Part shown: piece after piece, positions 29,128 to 38,589 of the stretch | How the letters are laid out: every line of letters begins with the position of its first letter | How positions within the stretch are numbered: the first letter of the stretch is position 1 | Source: an uncultured Alphaproteobacteria bacterium | Lineage (GTDB): Bacteria; Pseudomonadota; Alphaproteobacteria; MPNO01; UBA830 | Assembly: GCA_913046035.1 (NCBI GenBank) | Contig: CAJWSW010000005.1 | Location: 6,667 to 70,666, forward strand | Length of the DNA: 64,000 nucleotides | Reading direction: 5' to 3' | Notes under the pieces: generated by a model | What the model saw: the letters and a program-made list of their open reading frames with translations, nothing else | Databases searched by the model: none | Told to the model about the DNA's origin: nothing | Program-made: the position numbers and the translations under genes

Positions 29128-29811
29128 TCAATTTGCCAGTAGAGAGGCAACATAAAATTTGCGGCGTCGCAAACTTTCCTCGAATTCTTTGAGAAACTCT
29201 GGTGCCACTGCGCCAATTACCGTTTCGTTAGAGAGCAAGGCGTCGGCCCATTTTTTGACTTTTGGAAAGTTGTCGAGCAGGCCCGTCCGTAAATACCCAT
29301 CAGCTATAAGGAACCGTTGCAAGAAAGGCGCGTAGGCACAATCAACTAGCGATAGGTTGGGCCCGTTGAAGTAGGGGCCGTCGTTAAGGTCGCGTTGACG
29401 TGTCAGCGCTTCTTCTAGCCGCTCAATCGTTTTCGGTGCCTTGGCCAGCCCGTCTTCCATCTCTTCCCGGGTCTTCGTGTAATAAACACCGTTTAGAGCG
29501 CGCGCAAAACTAGACACGAAGTCGGTCCATGCGCGGTTGCGTGCACGCTCAATAGGATCTTCGGGGTGAAGGCGCGGCGAGACAGTTTCGTCTAGGAATT
29601 CTGCAATGGCATTTGATTCGAATAAGATATCTTCGTCGATTTTCAGCACTGGAACTTTTCCGTGCGGCGAGATCTTGAGAAACCAGTCGGGTTTTTCAAG
29701 AAGATTTATAAATGTGACCTCGAACTCGACGTCTTTGGCGCGCATAGCAATTACCGCGCGCTGGACCCAAGGTCAGGTGAATGAGCTAATCAAATGATAA
29801 CTGGCAGTCAT
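29128..29811 (-). CDS. Selenocysteine-containing omega-like glutathione S-transferase (Sec13 encoded by TGA at 29773-29775)
   Basis: ATG 29811 with an AAGGA RBS. It reads MTASYHLISSFT*PWVQRAVIA and continues in frame into the track ORF MRAKDVEF...KPDWFLKISPHGKVPVL...FESNAIAEFLDE. The TGA sits at the Cys of the CP(W/Y/F)xQR motif. Confidence 0.85.
29731..29766 (-). promoter_or_regulatory. Putative bacterial SECIS element
   Basis: mRNA GUC-CA-GCGCGCG-[GUAAUUGCUA]-UGCGCGC-CAAA-GAC directly 3' of the in-frame UGA; the apical loop starts with G at +19 from the UGA. Confidence 0.65.
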
Positions 29812-29860
29812 AATTCTATCCTTGCTGTTAATTCAAAAACGATAAGGATCGCCAATGCTG

Positions 29861-30085
29861 TCAAATTGAAACCGCAGCGGGTAAATCCTCTTCCAATATA
29901 GAGATATTGAGGGTGTAAGAGACCTCGCCCTCCTCGTCATCCCTGTAAAGAACGCCAATAAACTCATCGGCCATGTACACTTCGATGGGCGCGTCTGGCT
30001 TTTTAGGCTGGAGGATCTTTAAACGATTGTTGGAGAATGTCAGGCGGAGATATTCTTGTACGCGGGTAATCTCGTTTAGCGTCAT
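29861..30085 (-). CDS. DUF3126 family protein
   Basis: 74 aa, YLRLTF.N...EVYMADEFIGVLYRDDEEGEVSY.LNISILE; typical alphaproteobacterial small protein. Confidence 0.85.
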   Translation of the reverse strand: MTLNEITRVQEYLRLTFSNNRLKILQPKKPDAPIEVYMADEFIGVLYRDDEEGEVSYTLNISILEEDLPAAVSI

Positions 30086-30248
30086 AGTTTACCTTTTCTA
30101 TGTATTTTGCGCATTTTCACACCGTGTATTAGGTGATTACGGCGAAAAGGGCGATTTTGCAAGCTACCTGTTCTGATTCACTTGCCCGAAAGTCGCAAAT
30201 TCGATAGCTTTAACATTTTAGGCTAGAAAAAAATTTTGGGAGTGGAAT

Positions 30249-31316
30249 ATGACCCGGAAGGCCAATCAACCCTTTGTTCGAAATGCGTGGTATATTGCAG
30301 CGTGGTCTGAAGAAATTGAAAGTGGGCTACTTGCGCGGACGATTATGAACCAGCCGATAGTTATTTATCGCGATGCAGACGGCAATGTTGGCGCATTAGA
30401 AGATCGTTGCTGCCATAGAGGCGCGCCTTTGACTCATGGTTCAGTTACAGACGTGGGGCTGCAGTGCGGCTATCACGGTCTGACCTTTGACACCAAGGGC
30501 AACTGTGTCGATATTCCCGGTCAGAAAAATATTCCCGCCCAAGCGCAGGTTCGGCATTTTCCGCTAGTTGAACGGCACCAAATCTTATGGATATGGATGG
30601 GGGACCCGGCACTCGCAGATGAGAGTCAGATTGTCGATTATTCGTTCCACGACGATACTGAAAAATGGCCGCATCGAAAGGCGATGTTCCAGATCAAATC
30701 GAATTATATGTTGATGATTGACAACCTAATGGACCTAACTCACTTGGGTTTCGTTCACGGGCGTACAATCGGTGGTAATCCACTTCAGCATGTCGGTGCC
30801 GACATGGACAGTCATAAAACAGAAAAAGGAGCCTATTTTATTCGGTGGATGCTAGAGCATGACCCGCCCCCAACCTACCAAAAGGGTGGTAAATTCCCTG
30901 GCAAAGTCGACCGGTGGCAGGAGTTTGAATATGTCGGTCCCAGTGTTGTGCTGCAGTGGTCTGGCGCGGTGTCGGTAGGAAAGGGCGCTCAACAGAATCG
31001 CGAGCAGGATGGCTTCCACCTGCGCTTACTCCATGCGGCAACACCGGAAACTGAAACCACATTTCACTATTTTTGGTCCGCTGCAAATGGCTATCGTCAA
31101 GACGATCCCGCGGCTACACAGGAAATGTACGACGAGATCTATCCGACGTTTATCGAGGATAAGGTCATAATGGAAGCGCAACAGGAGCGGATCAATTTGA
31201 ATCCGGACCGCGATTTGGTTGAAATTCATGCGGATAGCGTACTCGCGTTGGCACGATTGTCCCTTGATGAATTAGTTGAGCAAGATAATCAAATGATGGC
31301 ACAGGCCGCCGAGTAG
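30249..31316 (+). CDS. Rieske non-heme iron oxygenase alpha subunit (VanA-like)
   Basis: FVRNAWY, EDRCCHR, CGYHG, DNLMDLTHLGFVH, ED..IMEAQQ. Confidence 0.92.
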   Translation: MTRKANQPFVRNAWYIAAWSEEIESGLLARTIMNQPIVIYRDADGNVGALEDRCCHRGAPLTHGSVTDVGLQCGYHGLTFDTKGNCVDIPGQKNIPAQAQVRHFPLVERHQILWIWMGDPALADESQIVDYSFHDDTEKWPHRKAMFQIKSNYMLMIDNLMDLTHLGFVHGRTIGGNPLQHVGADMDSHKTEKGAYFIRWMLEHDPPPTYQKGGKFPGKVDRWQEFEYVGPSVVLQWSGAVSVGKGAQQNREQDGFHLRLLHAATPETETTFHYFWSAANGYRQDDPAATQEMYDEIYPTFIEDKVIMEAQQERINLNPDRDLVEIHADSVLALARLSLDELVEQDNQMMAQAAE

Positions 31317-31336
31317 AATTGGTAAAAGAAATTGTT

Positions 31337-31366
31337 AAAATGGCGGGTTTAGCCCGCCATTTTTTT
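31337..31366 (+). terminator. Intrinsic, probably bidirectional, terminator
   Basis: AAAATGGCGGGT-TTA-GCCCGCCATTTTTTT between convergent genes. Confidence 0.85.
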
Positions 31367-31414
31367 GGTAAAGAGCTGATCAAACCTCGTAATATCGCTC
31401 AAGTGGCCTGATCT

Positions 31415-31837
31415 CTAGGCAGAGAAATTGTGTCGTGTTATGGCATCTAGGATCTGTTGTTTGCGTACCTTTAGCGCCTTCATGTCGTAAGGTTGTCTGG
31501 GGCTATGCCCCCATACGGGACCTGGCCATGCAGGATCGCATTCGCTGCGTCCTACAACATGAACATGTAGCTGTCGAACGACATTTCCTAGTGATCCGAT
31601 GTTAAGCTTCAGGGGGCTGTAAAGTTCTCGGATCACTCTCGCTGCAACATATGTGTCTTCTGCCAACAGAATGCGGTCATCGCGTGATAAGTCGTCTATT
31701 TCTTTGAGACCTGCCTTCTTGGGGACGAGGATAAGCCAGGGGTAGCGAAAGTCGTTAAAAAGTAACACACAGCACAACGAAAGATCGCCGATTTCGGCGG
31801 TATCATTGCCTAGTCTTTTGTCGAGCTTAAAAAACAT
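31415..31837 (-). CDS. HIT domain protein
   Basis: LDKRL..D, YPWLILVP, KLNIGSLGNVVRQLHVHVVGR...DPAWPGPVWG. Confidence 0.92.
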   Translation of the reverse strand: MFFKLDKRLGNDTAEIGDLSLCCVLLFNDFRYPWLILVPKKAGLKEIDDLSRDDRILLAEDTYVAARVIRELYSPLKLNIGSLGNVVRQLHVHVVGRSECDPAWPGPVWGHSPRQPYDMKALKVRKQQILDAITRHNFSA

Positions 31838-31921
31838 TGTCGGTTTGCCTACCCGTCTATCTGTACATCAGTGTTGTGTTACTGGATGGTATAATTATCG
31901 TCTTTTTTTTACAGGAGTACT

Positions 31922-31987
31922 ATGAACGCTGAGATTTTTCTTTTTATACTCTTATCCATTTTCGCGATTGGACTTTGTCACGAATGA
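31922..31987 (+). CDS. Putative small membrane protein, 21 aa (MNAEIFLFILLSIFAIGLCHE)
   Basis: AGGAG RBS just upstream of the ATG, extended -10 TGGTATAAT at 31887-31895, one hydrophobic helix; too short for the ORF track. Confidence 0.45.
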   Translation: MNAEIFLFILLSIFAIGLCHE

Positions 31988-32222
31988 TATCCATTTAACA
32001 ATCGGCGTGCTGCTTTTTGGGCGCGGAAACAATCCGTATAATGCAATTACTTAGGAATTCCTGAAACTAAATCATCGGCGATCCTAGATCGTTATTAACG
32101 TGGTCTTAGTTGCGGATCAGATCGGTAACACTCTAGCCGGCGACGAAGGCAACTGACTTTCGGACAGGCATTTGTTTTAGACGGGATGCAGGCTAAAATT
32201 TTCCCAGACTAACCAAAGTACA

Positions 32223-32714
32223 ATGAACATCATGTCAGAAGAAACAGTAAAAATTAGTTTAACCGTCAACGGTGAACCAATCACCAGTACTGTGCCGGTG
32301 CGGCGTCACCTTGTTGACTTTTTACGCCTCAATCTTGACCTTACAGGTTCGCATCTTGCGTGCGAACACGGGGTATGTGGGGCATGCACCGTGAGGGTTG
32401 ACGGGGCCGCCGTGCGTGGTTGTCTTATGTTGGCAGTTCAAGCGGATGGTGCCAATGTCGAGACCATAGAGGGGTTATCCGATAGTGGCGAAGTTGCTGA
32501 CCTGCAAGCTGAATTCGAGGTCCGCAACGCAGCACAGTGTGGTTATTGTACTCCGGGTATGATTATTACGTCGGCGGAACTTGTTGCCGCTGGGGGTTTG
32601 CCAAACAGAGAGACAATACGTGACCACCTATCCGGAAATCTCTGCCGTTGTACGGGTTACCAGTCGATAATTGATGCTGTTGAGGAGACAATGAATAAAA
32701 GGGCGGGAACATGA
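32223..32714 (+). CDS. (2Fe-2S)-binding subunit (CoxS/CutS-like)
   Basis: CEHGVCGAC...C, QCGYCTPG, NLCRCTGY. Confidence 0.95.
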   Translation: MNIMSEETVKISLTVNGEPITSTVPVRRHLVDFLRLNLDLTGSHLACEHGVCGACTVRVDGAAVRGCLMLAVQADGANVETIEGLSDSGEVADLQAEFEVRNAAQCGYCTPGMIITSAELVAAGGLPNRETIRDHLSGNLCRCTGYQSIIDAVEETMNKRAGT

Positions 32715-35098
32715 CACCTCCAGACGGAAACGGTGGTGAAGGATTAGTTGGTAAGCGAGTTACGCGGCCCAACGTCCGTAGGCTAATTCATGGTCGCGGT
32801 CGCTACACCGATGATATTTCTGTGCCTCAGATGCTGCATATCGCTTTTGTTCGGAGCACTTATGGTCACGCGAAAGTCAAATCGATTGAGACATCTGCGG
32901 CCGAAACGGCCCCCGGGGTGGTCCGCGTGATCACGGGCGCGCAGGTTGCCGAAATCTGCAAACCTATGCTGGCGATAGCCCAACACAGGCCTGGTCATAA
33001 ATCGGCACCGCAGTATGCGTTGGCTGTTGACCACGTTTGTTATCAAGGAGAACCAGTCGTTGCTGTTGTCGCTTCGAGCCGCGCCGAGGCAGAGGACGCC
33101 GCTGACTTGGTGACTGTCGATTACGAGGAGTTACCTGTGGTCATGGATATCATGGAGGCGCTTGACCCCGTCTCCACGCCAATACACCCCGAACTCGGTG
33201 ATAATCAATGTTTTGAACACACTACTAAAACCGGCGACGCTGCGTCAGCGCTGTCTGCCGCGAAGCTCACAGTTGAGCACAAATTTGAATTCGGGCGCCA
33301 CACCGCTGTGACCCTTGAAGGACGGGCAATATTAGCCCATTGGGACCATGTCGAAGAGCGCCTGACTGTGCACCATTCTCACCAGTCACCATATCAGATG
33401 CAGGACGTGTTTTCCCGACACCTTGATATCCCCGAGCACAAGGTCAGGGTAATTACTCCTGATATCGGCGGTGGGTTCGGCCTGAAGATTAATGTTCATG
33501 GAGAGGAGCTTGCGGTCGCTGCTATTGCAAAATTAATCGGCAAGCCGGTTAAGTTTACGGCTGACCGGCTGGAGTCCTTCGTTGCCGACTGTCAGACCCG
33601 AGACCATCTTTGCACAGCCGAGATGGGTATAGATGAAAACGGTAAAATTACTTCAATGAACTTTGAAAATGCTCTGTCGGTTGGCGCCTACACAGCATAC
33701 ATCCGCTTCGGTTTAGCTGAGGGTATGATGGCGATCAGCTGCGCTGCAGCACCATATGCACTGACGGATTATCATGCGCGCACGCGGGTCGCGTATGTTA
33801 ACAAGGGTATTGTGGGCATGTTTAGGGGAGTTGGGGTGCCGATTGGTTGCACTGTGACTGAAGTATTGGTGGACCAGGCGGCGGCTAAAGCGGGTATTGA
33901 CCCCGTTGAGTTCCGGCGCACCAACTATCACAAGGATGAAGACTATCCCTTGGTAAGCGTTGGCGGTTATTCCGCGAAATCAATGTCACTGCATAAATGT
34001 CTGGACGCCTGTGTAAACATTATGGATTACGAGGCATTGCGTGCCGATCAAGTTGCTCGGCGTGAAAGGAATATTTGGCGCGGAATTGGCGTGGCAACAT
34101 TCGTCGAGGCGGCTGCATTTGGACCAGTGTATTATGGTCCGTCGGGAGCTCGTGTCTCCACGCAGGATGGTTGTACAGTGAAGCTGGAACCTTCCGGTGT
34201 AGTGAGGGTAATGACAAGTGTTACTGACCAGGGGCAGGGAACTTTAACGGGTATAGCACAGATTGTTGGCGACCAACTTGGCGTCGACATCGAAGATATA
34301 GATGTTCTCGCTGGCGATAGTGCAACGACCCCCTACGGTGGGGGCGCCTGGGCGTCGCGCGGCATGGCGATGGGTGGCGAGGCAGCGCTTCATGCGGGTA
34401 AAGCGCTGAAAGAAAATATCCTTGATCTTGCTTCCTCCATTCTGCAAACGTCTTCAAGCGCTTTGACCCTCGAAGGCGGGGAAATACGGGATGCCGTTTC
34501 AGGAGAGGCGCGAATGGATCTCGCCGAACTCGCTAAGGTGGGTTACTTTCGGCAAGACACTTTGCCTGCCGGCACGCAGCCGGAGTTAATGGTCACGCGC
34601 CATCACGTGCCGGATACGCCATATTACATCGCTAATGGTGTTCAGGGTGCCCAGGTCGAGGTGGATATTGATACAGGCTTTATTAAGCTCCTTGGTTGGT
34701 GGGTTGCTGATGATTGCGGCCGTGTGGTTAATCCGTTGATGGTTGACGAACAGATCCGCGGTGGGGTTATTCAGGGTATAGGAAATACTTTGTATGAACA
34801 CAGTCAGTATGACGAGACGGGCCAGCTCTTGAACGCGACGTTGGCCGACTATCTACTTCCGATGTCTGGTGAAATGCCTGACATTAAAATTGCCCATGTC
34901 GAGACACCATTAACGAACACCGAACTCGGGGCCAACGGTATTGGGGAATCTGGAACGATTGGCGCCATTGCGGTTTTATGGTGCGCCGTCAACGATGCTT
35001 TAAGACCTTTAGGGGCACAGGTAACTAAGCAACCATTTACACCGGAGCATATTTTGGAGGTTATTTCGGCAGCAAAAGAAAAATATGAAACCACTTAG
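32711..35098 (+). CDS. Xanthine dehydrogenase family molybdopterin-binding subunit
   Basis: GRGRYTDD, GGGFGLK, MFRGVG, DQGQG, QIRGG, GIGESG; ATGA overlap with the Fe-S gene. Confidence 0.93.
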   Translation: MTPPDGNGGEGLVGKRVTRPNVRRLIHGRGRYTDDISVPQMLHIAFVRSTYGHAKVKSIETSAAETAPGVVRVITGAQVAEICKPMLAIAQHRPGHKSAPQYALAVDHVCYQGEPVVAVVASSRAEAEDAADLVTVDYEELPVVMDIMEALDPVSTPIHPELGDNQCFEHTTKTGDAASALSAAKLTVEHKFEFGRHTAVTLEGRAILAHWDHVEERLTVHHSHQSPYQMQDVFSRHLDIPEHKVRVITPDIGGGFGLKINVHGEELAVAAIAKLIGKPVKFTADRLESFVADCQTRDHLCTAEMGIDENGKITSMNFENALSVGAYTAYIRFGLAEGMMAISCAAAPYALTDYHARTRVAYVNKGIVGMFRGVGVPIGCTVTEVLVDQAAAKAGIDPVEFRRTNYHKDEDYPLVSVGGYSAKSMSLHKCLDACVNIMDYEALRADQVARRERNIWRGIGVATFVEAAAFGPVYYGPSGARVSTQDGCTVKLEPSGVVRVMTSVTDQGQGTLTGIAQIVGDQLGVDIEDIDVLAGDSATTPYGGGAWASRGMAMGGEAALHAGKALKENILDLASSILQTSSSALTLEGGEIRDAVSGEARMDLAELAKVGYFRQDTLPAGTQPELMVTRHHVPDTPYYIANGVQGAQVEVDIDTGFIKLLGWWVADDCGRVVNPLMVDEQIRGGVIQGIGNTLYEHSQYDETGQLLNATLADYLLPMSGEMPDIKIAHVETPLTNTELGANGIGESGTIGAIAVLWCAVNDALRPLGAQVTKQPFTPEHILEVISAAKEKYETT

Positions 35099-35164
35099 CG
35101 CGAACGTCAGGGACCTGCTACCCCGGTCTACGCCAGATTAGATTTCTAACCAATAACGGCGCGT

Positions 35165-35464
35165 TCACTTTTCTGGTTCTATGGTAAACATGAGGGGATG
35201 GCCTGCCTCCTTGCCTAATTCGGTTGCCTCCTTGGCCTTAGATTCCGCGACGTCTCGGGTGTAAACTGAGATAACACAAATACCTTTCTGATGAGCTGTC
35301 ATCATTTTATTGTAAGCTTCGTCATCCGTCATTCGGAATACGGTCTTTAAAACCCTTATAACAAACTCCCGCGGCGTAAAATCGTCATTCTCCAGTATCA
35401 CTTTGTACATGCGTGGTCGTTTGGTCTTGGTGCGGGTAACAGTGTTTGTATCGGTATTATTCAT
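35165..35464 (-). CDS. clpS: ATP-dependent Clp protease adaptor ClpS (ClpS2-like)
   Basis: YKVILENDDFTPREFV, MMTAHQKG, YTRDVAESK, HPLMFTIEPE. Confidence 0.93.
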   Translation of the reverse strand: MNNTDTNTVTRTKTKRPRMYKVILENDDFTPREFVIRVLKTVFRMTDDEAYNKMMTAHQKGICVISVYTRDVAESKAKEATELGKEAGHPLMFTIEPEK

Positions 35465-35537
35465 AATCTGATCTGCGCGGTCTTGATCCCTGGTGGAGTA
35501 TTATAGCGTCTGGAAGAAAGATACCAGCAAACAAGCC

Positions 35538-36305
35538 TTATACACCTGCATCGTCGAAAGCGTCGCTGATAACTTTAAGGCCGTTAAGGGCAATGGGAAC
35601 GCCATTCCAAGGGGCGGTCTGTATTGCGGCTTCGGCAACCTCATCTTTGGAAAGGCCGACATTTAACGCAGAGATCGCAAATCTTCTAAGGGAGTCGTGA
35701 AGGCTTGCTGACGTAAAACCGGCAATAGCAACTATGACCCTTTGGCGTAAATCAAGACCTGGTCGCATCCATAGCTGCCCGTATCCATGGCGGATTGCTC
35801 CGCTGTATAGCGAAAATGTTATCGGGTTTTCGGGCGAGGCGTAGCCGCTTCCTTGTTGCTGACCGTGAAGTTTTTCCATAATTTTTGTGCCGTCAGCGTC
35901 CATCTGCTCAATCGAGCGTTTGTCTTCGGGGTGTTCTGGAAGAGAAATTCCGCGTTCGGCGAATACGCGATTTGCAGAGGATATGGCGTCCTCTGTTTTT
36001 GGTAGTCCGCCGTAGAGAGCAGCTTGGATGAAGATTTCTGGAACTGCTTGTGGACGTAGCCCGGAGTCTAGCGCAAATTTCACCATCCGTTCAGTAGCAG
36101 TTTCTGATCCCCGAAAGCATAAGGCAGTGAGCACAGGGATAACACGATCTGAGGCGTTGAGGATCCGTCGGTTTCCAATGCTGTGATAATAATATTCATC
36201 GATATATGCCGTGTAACCAGGCGCTTTCAAACCAGGATCCTCGTCATCTTGACCCATAGCACGCCGAAGCTCAGAGCCAGCGGTTTTGTTTGTTTCTCTG
36301 CTCAT
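35538..36305 (-). CDS. Carboxymuconolactone decarboxylase family protein (tandem domains)
   Basis: Two CMD-like repeats: EIFIQAALYGGLP and YGQLWMRPGLDLRQR...ALNVGLSKDEVAEAAIQ..PWNGVP. Confidence 0.82.
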   Translation of the reverse strand: MSRETNKTAGSELRRAMGQDDEDPGLKAPGYTAYIDEYYYHSIGNRRILNASDRVIPVLTALCFRGSETATERMVKFALDSGLRPQAVPEIFIQAALYGGLPKTEDAISSANRVFAERGISLPEHPEDKRSIEQMDADGTKIMEKLHGQQQGSGYASPENPITFSLYSGAIRHGYGQLWMRPGLDLRQRVIVAIAGFTSASLHDSLRRFAISALNVGLSKDEVAEAAIQTAPWNGVPIALNGLKVISDAFDDAGV

Positions 36306-36435
36306 TGCGTGTTCACCTATAATCCGTACATACGAAGGAGTTGTATTAAATAATTAAGCCTATTGGATGGAGCGGCGATTAAATACACAACGCCTTTTTG
36401 CTCAAACGCATTCTGATCCGTGCAGTGGAAAATTT

Positions 36436-37719
36436 TTAATCCAGCCGGGCTTCTATAGACTTATCCATAACTCCTCGGTCACGCGCCCAAATGACCAAGA
36501 CAAGCATACATGCAAAAAGAATTAGTGCACTGAGCGCCAGTGACCAGTGGATACCGATAATGCCTCCGCCAAAACCGATAGTAAATCCGCTGAAAGTGCG
36601 GCACCCTAGGCTCCCAACATTGAACAGGCCGATGGCGCGTCCGCGAATTTCTGCTGGTGAATACATCTGTGCCAGTGTTCGGGTCATCGAGTTGAACGAG
36701 AGATCGAGAAATCCAGCACACGATAAAAGAACGAATGCTAGAATGAAGTTATCCGAAACTGCAAACCCGAAAATCGTAAGCGCCCAAAGTCCGCCAAGAA
36801 TAAAAGACGTCCGCGTCTTTGCCGGAAGCATACTTCCTGCCTCTAACACAATTCCAGCGATCATGGCTCCTGCCGCATTAGCGGCAAGCAGGAGGCTGTA
36901 ATAAAGTCCTTCGCCGCTATATCCAAGGTCACGAGCAAATTCCGGCATCTGAGGCTCGAACGCGTTGCCCACAAAGAAAGCCGCAATACCCGCGAGGAAA
37001 GTCATTGAAAACACAACAGGTATTCCGGAGATACGTTTTAGTGTTTCAACCATTTCACCGAAGCCTTTAATGGTTGCGGCAGAGATTTCCCGGTCGGTGT
37101 TTACCTTTTTAGGGTTCTTGACCAACCAGAGCGTTAACGGCAAATAGATAAGCACGTTTATGAAAATTCCGATGGTTGGGCCAACGGTTATTATCATCGC
37201 GCCGCCAACAGCAGGACCGAGAAGTAAACCCAATGTGCGAGACGTTGCGAGGAGCCGGATCGCGCTCTGGAGCTGACGGTCACCGACGACGTCGTGAACT
37301 AAAACCTGTCCGGCGGGTGCCCAAAGTACCCCGGCAAAACCGTGGACGATCAGTAAGATAACCGCATGCCACTTTTCAAGGCTGTCGGTTGCAAACAAGA
37401 TTCCCCAGCCCAGTGAAACAAGCATAAATAGTATCATGCCGGCCTGTATAATGCGCCGCGGGTCGTATCGATCAGCCAGTGCCCCTGCCCAAAGTGACCC
37501 GAGGAGGAAGGGCAACCAGTGCGAAATAACGGCAAAGCCGGCGAGTGAAGGCGACTCAAAGACGTTGAATATTATCCAATAGCTAATCACGTGCTCTACG
37601 CTATCTGCCATCATGGCAAGAGCGGCACCTGACAGGTACCGACGCGATTCTGGAAAGCGAAGGGCTGCGTAGGATCTTGTATCGTGGGGAGATTCCCCTT
37701 CGAATTTCGATTGGTTCAT
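36436..37719 (-). CDS. MFS transporter
   Basis: About 12 TM segments, GALADRYDPRR motif A, EIRGRAIG. Confidence 0.9.
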   Translation of the reverse strand: MNQSKFEGESPHDTRSYAALRFPESRRYLSGAALAMMADSVEHVISYWIIFNVFESPSLAGFAVISHWLPFLLGSLWAGALADRYDPRRIIQAGMILFMLVSLGWGILFATDSLEKWHAVILLIVHGFAGVLWAPAGQVLVHDVVGDRQLQSAIRLLATSRTLGLLLGPAVGGAMIITVGPTIGIFINVLIYLPLTLWLVKNPKKVNTDREISAATIKGFGEMVETLKRISGIPVVFSMTFLAGIAAFFVGNAFEPQMPEFARDLGYSGEGLYYSLLLAANAAGAMIAGIVLEAGSMLPAKTRTSFILGGLWALTIFGFAVSDNFILAFVLLSCAGFLDLSFNSMTRTLAQMYSPAEIRGRAIGLFNVGSLGCRTFSGFTIGFGGGIIGIHWSLALSALILFACMLVLVIWARDRGVMDKSIEARLD

Positions 37720-37866
37720 CTAGTTGCAAATCTCTCGAGAAAAATGCCGGCAAAAGATATCAACGTCGGCACTGGTATTTAGCCTTTTTGCGTCAGGCAA
37801 TTGCGTTACATACTTGAGCCATTCTTGCCGTTAAAGCTCAAATTATCCGATGACTAAGCGCTGAGC

Positions 37867-38163
37867 TCACGCGGGCTCAAAATCAATCACCCAAAGGGTC
37901 TTTACGACTGGTTTAAGTGTGGCTTGCACTTCCTTGTGCGCTGGGTGAGGGCCGTAAGCGGATAAAACATTTCGATCGCGCATGGTAACGATCACGGCGT
38001 GGGAAAATTTCCCGGCCCTTCCCGAAAAATCCTTTCCCGATTCAATTCTTTCGATCCCATCTATTTTGTCTTTCAATGCTTCTACGGCCTTTAAAGAATT
38101 TGTTCGAGTTTCTTCATCCACGTTTTCGTTGAATTCAAGCATCACGATATGTTGAACGGTCAT
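37867..38163 (-). CDS. Dabb family (stress-responsive alpha/beta barrel) protein
   Basis: HIVMLEF, LKDKIDGI, AYGPHPAH. Confidence 0.85.
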   Translation of the reverse strand: MTVQHIVMLEFNENVDEETRTNSLKAVEALKDKIDGIERIESGKDFSGRAGKFSHAVIVTMRDRNVLSAYGPHPAHKEVQATLKPVVKTLWVIDFEPA

Positions 38164-38534
38164 ATTTTGCCCTTCGTATTAGTTTGGGTCGGTATCGTGC
38201 ATACTTGCTTAAGGCCATACAAGCCCCATCCTCGACGGGCGCGTAAAGTAAATCGAATCATGCTGAAGCATGAGAAAAAGAGTTTATGTTAGGAAAGAGA
38301 TATGAACCCACCAGCATTTACGGCATGGTTTTAGGATAATAACTGCGTCCGCAGAGCGAATTATCTCAATCAATTTCGCCACTCGGTCTAGCTTTAAATC
38401 AAGGGATAAATTACGCTGCTAACTTAACTTATCGAGCGTAGGCAAAACGCGATTAGGACTGCAACTATCACTCGGCCGTGACTGGAGAAGGTCCTGAAAC
38501 AAAACCTTTGCAGCTGGAAATTTCAGGTTTGCAA

Positions 38535-38564
38535 TACTCAGTATTATGCGCATAATACTGAGTA
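38535..38564. promoter_or_regulatory. Perfect 30-bp palindrome, putative MarR operator overlapping a promoter
   Basis: TACTCAGTATTATGCGCATAATACTGAGTA is its own reverse complement. It follows TTGCAA (38529-34), contains CATAAT (38551-56), and ends 25 nt before the monooxygenase-MarR operon. Confidence 0.75.
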
Positions 38565-38589
38565 AATTGAGTTTATAAGGGTACTTTCT

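Noticed and set aside
29128-29745. ORF-track 205-aa GST, or a pseudogene call
   Set aside because: The frame extends to an RBS-preceded ATG with one TGA at the catalytic Cys position plus a SECIS-like hairpin. Sec recoding explains this better, although a nonsense mutation cannot be fully excluded.
38302-38334. Tiny ORF MNPPAFTAWF after an AGGA-like RBS
   Set aside because: Only 10 codons and no other support.
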